Virus record (IMG/VR): IMGVR_UViG_2029527005_000013
Strand: one strand, 5' to 3'
Length of the DNA: 64,000 nt
From: a virus
Positions 46,760-55,662 of the stretch are shown one piece after another. Within the stretch, counting starts at the first letter, position 1. Each line of letters starts with the position of its first letter. The notes beneath the pieces are model-generated. The model ran no database searches and was not told where the DNA came from. It saw only the letters and a list, made by a program, of their open reading frames with translations. The position numbers and the translations under genes were made by a program.

Positions 46760-49700
46760 TTAGTCAACAGTCATCGCCTGAACACCCGTCAGATCCGTGC
46801 CGTCCCAGAAGAACGTCAGGATAGTACGGACTGTTCCGAGAGCCGGAGGGGTCCCGTTTGACCAAGCCATCGGAGAAGGCCACGTCATAGCGCCACCCTT
46901 ACCTTTGAACTTGACGACAACCGTCATCGCACGACCAGCCGGGAGGTTGGCAATGGTGATGGTTTTAGCCGTGGTTCCGTCAACTTCGAACACGTTGGCA
47001 ACCGCAGCGTCCAGTGCGCCAGTGGCGGACATAACACGCAGGTCATAACGATCCAGTTTCACCCACGCACCGTTAGAACGGACGTAGTAGCCAGAATCCC
47101 CTGGGGCCTCGGTTACTTCAACCAGTGACCAGTCACCGTCGATACGGGCGTACTGCTTGCCGTCCTTCGGTGAGTCATAGACGTTGCCGCCGCCCATGTA
47201 GCCCATCGGTGCCCAAGTGGTTGCGTTAGTCTTGCGGAAGAACTGCAACGTTGAGGAGTTCAGGAAGTAGTCGCCTACACGACCATCAGCAGGACCCGGA
47301 TCACGGTCAAACACGATCCACAGGCTACCTTGGTCACCCTTATCACCTTTCACACCCTGCTGGCCTTGTGGGCCTGGGTCACCTTGTGGTCCTACTGGAC
47401 CAACTGGACCTTGGATACGTCCGAGGTTTTCGTAGGCAGAACCTGTCCATCCCCAGAAGTCGCCTTGGATCAGGTAACCCTGTCCGAGAGTACCAGTTGA
47501 CGGCAGTTCAGAAGAGTTCTCGAATTTACCCAAGATCTCCACGCCCGGGCCGATGTCCCCTTGAGGACCCTGCGGACCAGTTGAACCAACATCACCTTTA
47601 GGACCTTCAGGACCTTGCTCACCCTGCGGGCCGTCTGGGCCAGCCGGGCCGACAGGACCTACGTCACCCTGATCACCCTTATCGCCCTTCGGTCCTTGCG
47701 GGCCTTCAGGTCCAACTTCCCCTTGTGGTCCACGGGTAGTGCCCATGTTAATCCACGCAGTTCCGTTCCAAGAGTAACCTACACCAGTGTCCAGCGCCAC
47801 ACGGAAGTCACCAACGGTGTTTCCAGATGCAGGCAGAGCAGCTTCGTTGGCAACGGCTTCTTTCGGGGTCAGGCCCGCACCGTTGTTACCAGTGTCGCCT
47901 TTGTCTCCCTTATCGCCCTTGTCGCCTTTCTCACCTTGAGGTCCGGTGTTACCGCGAGCCATTCCGGTGTTAACCCACTGCAAGCCGTCCCATGCGAAAC
48001 CTTTACCTTCGTCAACGGTGGTCCAGAAATCACCAACTTCGTTGTTTTCGGTAGGCAGGTTTGCTTCAGCAGGAACAGTGCCTTTTGGATTCAGGCCAGT
48101 GCCTTTATCGCCCTGGTCTCCCTTCGGTCCCTGCGGACCTTCAGCCCCGGTATCGCCTTTAGGACCAGCGTCACCTTTGTCGCCCTTGGCTCCGGCTGGG
48201 CCTACAGCACCAGTTTCACCTTTAGGGCCACGGACTGGGCCAGTGTTCTGCCAAGCAGTGCCGTTGTACACGTACAGATCGTCACCGATCAGCCATGCGT
48301 CACCGATGGCAGCGCCTGACGGCAGTTCACCTTCGTTGGCCTTGGAGCCGAGGATGGTCAGGCCAGCGCCGACATCGCCTTTCTCACCTTGCAGGCCAGT
48401 AGCACCACGAGGACCTTGCGGACCTACGTCGCCTTTTGGACCTTTGATGGAAGCCAGGTACTCAGTCAGAGAGCCTTGGAAGCCGTCTTCAACCGCCAGT
48501 GCGTAGTTGTCCTTTCCGACAGGACCTTGCTCACCAGTGTCGCCTTTGTCACCTTTCGGCCCGGTAGCTCCGGTGTCACCTTTCGGACCTTGGAAGGAGC
48601 CGAGGTTTTCCCAGTTACCTGCACCGTCAGATACCCAAACGTTGGTGTCGATCAGGTACGCATCACCCGCATCAGCGCCGGACGGAAGACTTGCTTCGTC
48701 AGCTACTTTGCCGAGGATGTTGATGGCGTTGGCGTTCTTACCGTCTACACCCGGATCACCTTTGTCACCCTTGTCGCCTTTCGGCCCTTGAGCACCAACC
48801 AGTGAGTTCAGGAAGTCAACCTGAGAACCCTGATGACCGTTAGCCAGCCACACTTGGTACGCAGATTTACCTTCAGGGCCAACCTGTCCAACAGTCTGCC
48901 ATTTGTCGGTATCACCCGTCCAAACGTACATCTTGTCGTTGATGATGTAGCAATCACCAGGTTTGTTGCCTTCGTCAGGCAGGAACGATGGATCAGTGAA
49001 CGCACCCAGAACTTGCAGACCGATACCGTCAGCCCCTTTCAGGGAGTTCAGCCACTCGTCTACGGTCCCGATGAAGCCAGCATTCTCAGCCACTTCATAC
49101 GCAGAGAAACCTTCAGGCCCCGCGAAGTTACCGATGTTCTTCCACTGCTTGACGTTGGAGTCATTCACAACAGTCCAGAAGTTCTGACCGATCACGTAAG
49201 TGTCGCCCAGTTCCATCTCTGCAACTGACGGAAGCTGATCTTCACCGTCCAGCTTGTCGATAACGTTGATGCCGATACCCGCCGGGCCTTTCGGACCTGC
49301 TTCACCACGAGCACCCTGTGCGCCCGCCGGGCCAGTATCACCCTTGTCGCCCTTCGGACCTGCTTCGCCCGTTTCGCCTTTCTCGCCCTGCGGACCTTCC
49401 GGGCCTTCTGGGCCTGCCGGGCCGACTGGACCTTCAGGACCCTGTGGGCCTGCGTCACCTTTGTCGCCTTTGTCACCTTTTACAGTGGCAACGAAGATCC
49501 CGTCTGCCTTGACTTCGATCTTGTTGTCTGGGTCAGCAGAGATTTTGGTCTCTTGAGGACGGACATACAGAGCGCCCTGACGGATTTCCAGGGTATTGTC
49601 TTGGGCAACAGAGACAGGGACAGACAGACCAGCAGCGCCGACCTTCAGTGCGTTACCTGCATCTGGATCAACGATCACATCGATCTGAGTCTTGGACTTG

Positions 49701-50113
49701 CCAGTGGCGTCGGCCTTGATCTCGATGGTTTTCTTAGGGGACGTGGTGGACACGTTCACCGGGTCGGAGTATACTCCTTCCAGCGCCGGGTTGCCAGCGT
49801 TAGTCGCCTCTTCCGCCGTGATGTAACGGACGGTGTTGCCGTCTTTGGCAGAAACCTTGGTGTCGCTTCCAGCAACATACAGACCCTGCTCGTTCTGAGA
49901 GCTAACCACTTGCAGGCGGTTACCCTGACGGCGGGAGATGTTGATGTTGGATTGAAGAGGGGCAGATTCAGTACCGTCACCCGTCAGGATGGTAGATACG
50001 GTATCTTGGGTTTTGATACCCGTGAAGTTTCCACCTGAACCACCGGAAGTGGTCGCAGACGGGTCAGGGACAGTCACGAGGACTTCCACGACTTTATCTT
50101 GATATTCAGCCAT
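46760..50113 (-). CDS. large collagen-like fibre with repeated globular knuckles and a C-terminal beta-sandwich
   Basis: 1117 aa; Gly-X-Y runs alternate with LP....GD.Y.I....W..G..W.N.G domains and three SAY...GF.G...EWL.SLKG helical inserts; N-terminus matches the sheath. Confidence 0.9.
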   Translation of the reverse strand: MAEYQDKVVEVLVTVPDPSATTSGGSGGNFTGIKTQDTVSTILTGDGTESAPLQSNINISRRQGNRLQVVSSQNEQGLYVAGSDTKVSAKDGNTVRYITAEEATNAGNPALEGVYSDPVNVSTTSPKKTIEIKADATGKSKTQIDVIVDPDAGNALKVGAAGLSVPVSVAQDNTLEIRQGALYVRPQETKISADPDNKIEVKADGIFVATVKGDKGDKGDAGPQGPEGPVGPAGPEGPEGPQGEKGETGEAGPKGDKGDTGPAGAQGARGEAGPKGPAGIGINVIDKLDGEDQLPSVAEMELGDTYVIGQNFWTVVNDSNVKQWKNIGNFAGPEGFSAYEVAENAGFIGTVDEWLNSLKGADGIGLQVLGAFTDPSFLPDEGNKPGDCYIINDKMYVWTGDTDKWQTVGQVGPEGKSAYQVWLANGHQGSQVDFLNSLVGAQGPKGDKGDKGDPGVDGKNANAINILGKVADEASLPSGADAGDAYLIDTNVWVSDGAGNWENLGSFQGPKGDTGATGPKGDKGDTGEQGPVGKDNYALAVEDGFQGSLTEYLASIKGPKGDVGPQGPRGATGLQGEKGDVGAGLTILGSKANEGELPSGAAIGDAWLIGDDLYVYNGTAWQNTGPVRGPKGETGAVGPAGAKGDKGDAGPKGDTGAEGPQGPKGDQGDKGTGLNPKGTVPAEANLPTENNEVGDFWTTVDEGKGFAWDGLQWVNTGMARGNTGPQGEKGDKGDKGDKGDTGNNGAGLTPKEAVANEAALPASGNTVGDFRVALDTGVGYSWNGTAWINMGTTRGPQGEVGPEGPQGPKGDKGDQGDVGPVGPAGPDGPQGEQGPEGPKGDVGSTGPQGPQGDIGPGVEILGKFENSSELPSTGTLGQGYLIQGDFWGWTGSAYENLGRIQGPVGPVGPQGDPGPQGQQGVKGDKGDQGSLWIVFDRDPGPADGRVGDYFLNSSTLQFFRKTNATTWAPMGYMGGGNVYDSPKDGKQYARIDGDWSLVEVTEAPGDSGYYVRSNGAWVKLDRYDLRVMSATGALDAAVANVFEVDGTTAKTITIANLPAGRAMTVVVKFKGKGGAMTWPSPMAWSNGTPPALGTVRTILTFFWDGTDLTGVQAMTVD

Positions 50114-50167
50114 TACTTTCTCCGGGAGAGGATTGGAGGAGTGGCCCCAAATAGGGGCCGGAGGGAA

Positions 50168-50788
50168 TTACAGTGCAGCCTTCAGATCTTCCAACATTGC
50201 GTCAAAAGTCTTGGCCTTGCTCAGGGAGATTTCCAGAGTCAGAGCGAATGCTTCCAGTGCAGCTTTAGCGGCAGCTTTCTTGCTGTCGTCACGCAGTGCT
50301 TCGGCCCGCGCCAGGATTGCAGCTTTGTCTTCGTCAGAACGACCAGAAACTACCTCGGCCTTTTCTTCGATGACTTCTTCAACTTCTTCCTTGACTTCCG
50401 GTGCAGGTTCGATTACAGTTGTCTGTACCAGATTAGCCAGAGGTGTTTCTTCAGGGGCATCCGCCGGGATAACTGCTTCACGGATGGCCTTGATTTCTGC
50501 CACGGTCTCTTTGAACTTAACAGGGCACTTCGGCTTCTCGTCGAAGAATACCAAGTAAGCATGTCCCTTCTGAACGGAGGCGATCGTGTTGATGCCCAAG
50601 GCGGTCATGCGCTCAATCTGTTCGAGGAACTCGTAGAGATTCCGCCCCATCACCAGTTCATTGTCATAGGAATACAAGAACGGTGGCAGTCGGCCTGATG
50701 CGTCCACATCCAGCTTCGGCAGGTATTCGCCGAAGAACTTCAGCATGTGGTATTCGCTCTGGAAAACTTCCAAATGCGGTTGTGCCAT
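50168..50788 (-). CDS. hypothetical protein with C-terminal HeH/LEM-like helical motif
   Basis: LEAFALTLEISLSKAKTFDAMLEDL; AGGAG RBS. Confidence 0.75.
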   Translation of the reverse strand: MAQPHLEVFQSEYHMLKFFGEYLPKLDVDASGRLPPFLYSYDNELVMGRNLYEFLEQIERMTALGINTIASVQKGHAYLVFFDEKPKCPVKFKETVAEIKAIREAVIPADAPEETPLANLVQTTVIEPAPEVKEEVEEVIEEKAEVVSGRSDEDKAAILARAEALRDDSKKAAAKAALEAFALTLEISLSKAKTFDAMLEDLKAAL

Positions 50789-50864
50789 TATAGGATACTC
50801 CTTCGTTGATAATCAAAAGCCTATCTTACAATGGTACACTATTTTGGATAAAATGTACAGACCA

Positions 50865-50892
50865 ATAAAAAAGGCCACCCGAAGGTAGCCTT
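50865..50892 (-). terminator. rho-independent terminator after the capsid gene
   Basis: AAGGCTACC-TTCG-GGTGGCCTT followed by a T-tract. Confidence 0.88.
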
Positions 50893-50898
50893 TTTCAA

Positions 50899-51894
50899 TT
50901 ATGCGAACTTACCAGTTGACTTAACAACCAACTCTGGGCGGTTGTTGACGGTCAGGAAGGAAGTCTCAGATTCGACTTTCGCTTCACGCAGGTACTGAGA
51001 CTCTTTGAAGAACACGTACAGGTCTTGAGCAACCTGGTTCGCGTCACGCAGAGTGTCGCTTGGAGCGTAGTACATCTCGAACATGCGAGTGATACCACGT
51101 GGGAAGATGTACGCTTCACCCGGGGCGATGTTACCGGAGATGTCTTCGATGAACAGGATGTTCTTGTGTTCGAAGATACGGTTGTTCGCGTTACCACCCA
51201 GACGACGACGCAGCATTTCCTGAGTCGATGGGTACTGAGAGTAAGCGCCAGTAACCTGCGGGTGCTGGATCAGCGCGGTGAACCACTTACGGGATGCCAG
51301 AACAACGATCTCGTAGTTGTCGCCATTGTCGCCAGCCCAGTCGATGATGTGAGCACGAGCTTCTGCTTCCAGAACTTCGATTGGGTCAGTGCCCAACTTG
51401 GTGAAGTCAACGTCAGCAGTCTGCTGGGTTGCGCCCCACACATCGTAGTAGTCGTACTGGCATACTTCGTCGTCTGGAGACCAAGACTGGCCCTTCAGAG
51501 CGGCGTACATTGCCTTAGACTTCAGGATTGCGTGGCTACGACGCAGACGGGCCATGATCTTCGCAACTTCAACATCAACGCTCGCCGGGGCGTTCTCGGT
51601 GCCGAACTCACGGAAGTTCTGAATGTCAGCACGATCGATTGAACGGTCCAGTGGGAAGAACGGGATGTTCAGGTTGATGATCTTTTTGCGGTTGTTGCCC
51701 AGGTGCTGACGAACGCCACCACGCTGAACCGCCTTGATCTCACCTGCACCGTCGTCTTCACGCTCGATACGAGCGGTAGTGGTACGACCATAGTGTTCAG
51801 TGAACAGGTTCATGGACTGGAGCAGAGTGTCCACGCGAGGCATGGTCTGGATCAGGCCAGTGTAGTCCAGGATCTGAAAATCGCCATTGATCAT
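50899..51894 (-). CDS. major capsid protein (lambda gpE-like, HK97 fold)
   Basis: 331 aa; IPFFPLDRSI..ADIQNFR; ESETSFLTVNNRPELVV; highly biased codons. Confidence 0.92.
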   Translation of the reverse strand: MINGDFQILDYTGLIQTMPRVDTLLQSMNLFTEHYGRTTTARIEREDDGAGEIKAVQRGGVRQHLGNNRKKIINLNIPFFPLDRSIDRADIQNFREFGTENAPASVDVEVAKIMARLRRSHAILKSKAMYAALKGQSWSPDDEVCQYDYYDVWGATQQTADVDFTKLGTDPIEVLEAEARAHIIDWAGDNGDNYEIVVLASRKWFTALIQHPQVTGAYSQYPSTQEMLRRRLGGNANNRIFEHKNILFIEDISGNIAPGEAYIFPRGITRMFEMYYAPSDTLRDANQVAQDLYVFFKESQYLREAKVESETSFLTVNNRPELVVKSTGKFA

Positions 51895-51915
51895 TTAAAA
51901 TATCTCCTACAGAAA

Positions 51916-52350
51916 TTAGAGTACGGAACCGATGAACTGGGTGCCAACGATTTTGTCAGTTACCTGGTTGCCAGCAGCTTCCAGAACGTCGATACCAGCA
52001 GCGTCGATCTTAGCACCGTCCGCATAAACCAGTTTCAGAGCATTCAGGGTCAGACCGCGAACAGCCAGAACCATCGGCAGGGATTCGCCATCTTCAGGAG
52101 TAGCGCCCTTCCAATCGGTAACGCCCGGCAGTACCTTGCGGTCAACCAGAACGCCGTAGATGTCAGCCGCATCAGCAGCAGAGGCTACCGGGGTGCCGTC
52201 TTTCTTAACCAGCAGGCCAGCGACCAGAGTTTTTGCGAAGGTCATGTGGACTTCTTTGAAGTTCCAACCAGTGTCACCGAAAGCGATAACACGACCCAGA
52301 ACGATGTCGGAGTAGTTACCTTCGAGAGTAGCAACGTATGCTTTAGCCAT
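51916..52350 (-). CDS. head decoration/stabilisation protein
   Basis: Between the scaffold and capsid genes; small beta protein. Confidence 0.8.
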   Translation of the reverse strand: MAKAYVATLEGNYSDIVLGRVIAFGDTGWNFKEVHMTFAKTLVAGLLVKKDGTPVASAADAADIYGVLVDRKVLPGVTDWKGATPEDGESLPMVLAVRGLTLNALKLVYADGAKIDAAGIDVLEAAGNQVTDKIVGTQFIGSVL

Positions 52351-52366
52351 TATCAGAGTTCCTCAA

Positions 52367-53476
52367 TTAGGCGTTAATAAAGTCAGCGGAGGTAGCAGCT
52401 TTAGCGAGTTCTGCTTTTTTCTCGGCGATAACACGGTCCAGACGGGCCTGTGCATCTTCAGAGCCTTTTGCCACTTCAGTCAGTTCACCTTCACCACCGA
52501 CAGGCTTGCCGTTTGCGAATTGTGCCTTAACCGCTTCGATCTCTGCGTCTTTAGCAGCCAGAGCGTCGTCCTTCTCTTTCAGAGAAGCAGCAGCTTTTTC
52601 CAGTACAGCAACCAGAGTCGCCTGCGCCGGGTTTTCAATTACGTCAGCAATCGCTTCACGCTGTTCAGCAGCAACGAAGGTAAAGCCAGCGGCTTTCTCA
52701 ACAGCTACAGCGCGTTTAGCGGCAACCTGTGCCTTGACGATTTCTTCAGCAGCGCCGAAAGTGGCTTGCATCTTGGTCATCTGGGCAACCAGGTTTTCGT
52801 TGGCCTTCATCAGGTCAATGAATTGCTGGGATTTGGTTACATCAACTTCTTTCTCCACGGGATTCTCCTCGATGGTGTTGGTAGACGCTCCAGCGGAGCT
52901 TTCAGTTGGCGTTACAGGAGTTGCAGCTTTCTGCGTCTCAGTCGGCTTGACTTCTGGAACGTTTGGGGTTACAGTTGCCGTATCGCCGAAATCGAGAGCG
53001 AAGTCAGAGCAACCTTCCTCGAACTGTTGACGAGTTTTGATCAGTTCAAATTGTTCATGGAGGGTCAGTTCAGCGCCGTCACGGGCTTTCTTGATTAGCT
53101 CAATGGATTCCAGCTTGGAGTCAATATACTCCTGATGCTGTTCGTTCCACTCGGCTTCCCAAGAGTCCTCACGGGCCGGATTGTCCTCGATGTTCTGCTC
53201 AAACTCGGTTTTGAATCCCAGAACTTTGGTCAGCAGTTCAGCATCGCTGGACCACATGTTGAAGAAGCGACGCAGGAACTCTTCCATGCTCACTTTCAAC
53301 TGAACCTGTTCAAGGGATTTGATGATCTCGACCGTCAGTTTACTGGGGTCGATCTCGGATTTGGTCAGGAGGCTGACGTGGCGGTTATTCGCGCTGTAGC
53401 CCTGGTCTTTGTGAGTGAGAGCGATGCCGCGAGATTTAATCCGGCGACCCTTCTCGATCCACGTTTTGATCGTCAT
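52367..53476 (-). CDS. prohead scaffold protein
   Basis: IALTHKDQGYSAN N-domain; Ala/Glu/Lys-rich helical C-terminus. Confidence 0.8.
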   Translation of the reverse strand: MTIKTWIEKGRRIKSRGIALTHKDQGYSANNRHVSLLTKSEIDPSKLTVEIIKSLEQVQLKVSMEEFLRRFFNMWSSDAELLTKVLGFKTEFEQNIEDNPAREDSWEAEWNEQHQEYIDSKLESIELIKKARDGAELTLHEQFELIKTRQQFEEGCSDFALDFGDTATVTPNVPEVKPTETQKAATPVTPTESSAGASTNTIEENPVEKEVDVTKSQQFIDLMKANENLVAQMTKMQATFGAAEEIVKAQVAAKRAVAVEKAAGFTFVAAEQREAIADVIENPAQATLVAVLEKAAASLKEKDDALAAKDAEIEAVKAQFANGKPVGGEGELTEVAKGSEDAQARLDRVIAEKKAELAKAATSADFINA

Positions 53477-54051
53477 TCTGCTTCCTCTTCTTCAAGCGAA
53501 ATACTGAAGTCCAGATGGGAGAGTTCATTCGTCTCATCGTTCAGGATTCCCCCGCACTGAAGAGACAGGCCACCGACAATCCCGGCCTTCTTCAACTCCC
53601 ACGTTTCAGGAGTGTACTGAACTTTCGCAACCCAAGACCCGGCTTTAATCACTTCGCCAGTCTCAGCAACTGTCACGTCGAACTCCGGTTGAATCCAGTG
53701 GTCAACGATTTTCCAAGTGTCCGTGTCGAACATATGGAAGAGGTTCTCGGTTACCGCACCAAGGTCCTGCGCCTTCTTGAAATCCTCATGAGCCTGTTTC
53801 AAGGTCTCTTTAGACATCCACTGACCATGAAAGTCAGGAGTGTCCGGTTCGTAGATGATCTCGTAAGAAATCATCTCTTCTACCTCTGCGGACTTCTGAA
53901 CGAGGACAGAGCCAACGGCCTTAGCGATAGAGGCATTCTTATTGAAGCCTTTAGCCAAGAACTCGTTGGCCTTAACCACAGCTTGACTCTTTTGGATTCG
54001 AGTCAGAGAGGACTGCGGTGGAAGGTCGGAAAGGGTAATGTTTTCCATCAT
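53473..54051 (-). CDS. prohead protease (XkdF-like)
   Basis: YEPDTPDFHG...ENLFH...GSWVAKV...W...K.G..GGLS motif. Confidence 0.85.
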   Translation of the reverse strand: MMENITLSDLPPQSSLTRIQKSQAVVKANEFLAKGFNKNASIAKAVGSVLVQKSAEVEEMISYEIIYEPDTPDFHGQWMSKETLKQAHEDFKKAQDLGAVTENLFHMFDTDTWKIVDHWIQPEFDVTVAETGEVIKAGSWVAKVQYTPETWELKKAGIVGGLSLQCGGILNDETNELSHLDFSISLEEEEAE

Positions 54052-54067
54052 TGCTCCCGTGTTAATT

Positions 54068-54100
54068 ATTTTAGCACTAAACGAAGTGTTTGACAAGCAC
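54068..54100 (-). promoter_or_regulatory. promoter TTGTCA-N17-TAAAAT with extended -10 (GTGCTAAAAT)
   Basis: Read on the minus strand upstream of the protease gene. Confidence 0.65.
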
Positions 54101-54117
54101 TTGATTTCATGGCAGGA

Positions 54118-55644
54118 TTAATTATCCAGATTTGCCGCTGAATTATCACGTGCAGAGCTAATCTTGCCAGTGCCGTTACCTGAAGATCCTTTGGTCATGC
54201 CGTCTCCGGCTCGACTGGTATCTTCACCAAGCATCTTCAGAAGGTCATCCAGGGAAATGTCGTCGGCAATTTTCATGTCGATGCCCATTACCTCAAGAAT
54301 TTTGTTAATAACTTCAGGAGACTTCGGCAAATAACCAACAGCACCAATACGCTGAATTGCTTTAGAGAAACCTTCCATGTCCACGTCAACGATCAGGCCG
54401 GACTTGACGACTGGCATCTCAGTCTCTGGCAGACGAATATCGTTCAGAGCCAGAACCTGTGGTACGAGGTTCTCGTTCAGCGCTTCCATGATGATCTCAT
54501 TTACTCGCTGTACAAACTGCGTGTGGATGGTCTGCTTGGACTCAGACAGGTTGTAAGAACCGCCCTTGTCGTTACCAACGTTGATGAAGCCTGCACCCAG
54601 TCGGTCAAGAATTGACTTCTTACGGTCACTGATCAACTGTGCGGTACTGTACTGCTTGCCCATACCATCGATGCCCTTCAGGGTCATTGAGTATTGAGGG
54701 GCGTTGTCTTTGGTGTCAGACGGCAGCATGAAGAATGACTGTTCACCGGAGTGGGCGTTAGCCGCATCCATCATCAGGCCGTGGACCATCTCCGCTTCCG
54801 GGGAGGTCGGGTCGATGTTGGCCTTATTCAGGATCTGGGATGGGATCTTCAATTCGATCACACCGCCCATGTCCTTCGTGGCACCAACCACTTCCAGGTT
54901 TTCAATCAGAATCTTTTCACGCCATGCACGGTAGCAACCAACCAGCGGGGAAACACCCAGCGCTTGGGAGGTGGAACCACCAGTGGTCATCAGCATGAGT
55001 CGGTTCATCGGGATGATTACGTCGCCGTTGCCAGAAATGGCACGACCAATGTAACCCATCTCGGTGTTGGTGTAGTTCTGGAATGCAGTCAGTGACTGCT
55101 TGACCCCGAGGATCTCGGAACCGTCTTCATTGTACACCAATGGGTTAGTACGGCTCAGGGAAGCCTGCGGGCGGAAGGCCAGATTCTTAATCTTGAACTT
55201 GCCAGCATATTCCCCGGTAGTCGCACGGACATACACTTTCTCTACGACAGACAGGCCGTATTCGTTGAAGGTCGCCGCATCACGGGCGAACTGACGCAGG
55301 GTCTGTCCTTCCATGTTACGCAAGCAATACTCAATGAATTTGGCAGCATCCTTGGACGCCTGTGATTCACCGGGGATTACTTTGAAGTCCTTGAACGCTT
55401 TCTCTACGAAAGTATACAGCATGTCGAGGCCAGTTGCTACGGTAGCATCCTGCTTCATGGCCTCCACCGTCCCGATCAGTTGGGGCCAGCGAATTTCCTG
55501 CTCTTTCATGCGTTCGGTTTCAATCTGAACCTTGGAGAGGGCAATGGTGCCCTGCTCACGCATACGGAGACGAGAAACATTCATTTGCTCGCTGGTCGCT
55601 TTCTTGACCTGAAGAGAACGCTTTTTAGAATTACGTCTGGACAC
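54118..55644 (-). CDS. portal protein
   Basis: 508 aa after terL; YGLSVVEKVY and KKSILDRLGAGF motifs; GTG start. Confidence 0.9.
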   Translation of the reverse strand: MSRRNSKKRSLQVKKATSEQMNVSRLRMREQGTIALSKVQIETERMKEQEIRWPQLIGTVEAMKQDATVATGLDMLYTFVEKAFKDFKVIPGESQASKDAAKFIEYCLRNMEGQTLRQFARDAATFNEYGLSVVEKVYVRATTGEYAGKFKIKNLAFRPQASLSRTNPLVYNEDGSEILGVKQSLTAFQNYTNTEMGYIGRAISGNGDVIIPMNRLMLMTTGGSTSQALGVSPLVGCYRAWREKILIENLEVVGATKDMGGVIELKIPSQILNKANIDPTSPEAEMVHGLMMDAANAHSGEQSFFMLPSDTKDNAPQYSMTLKGIDGMGKQYSTAQLISDRKKSILDRLGAGFINVGNDKGGSYNLSESKQTIHTQFVQRVNEIIMEALNENLVPQVLALNDIRLPETEMPVVKSGLIVDVDMEGFSKAIQRIGAVGYLPKSPEVINKILEVMGIDMKIADDISLDDLLKMLGEDTSRAGDGMTKGSSGNGTGKISSARDNSAANLDN

Positions 55645-55662
55645 GGCATATCCCCTGTGTTA

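Noticed and set aside
43226-50113. Repetitive DNA as a CRISPR array or microsatellite
   Set aside because: The repeats are 9-nt-period Gly-X-Y codons inside ORFs; there is no repeat-spacer structure and no cas genes.
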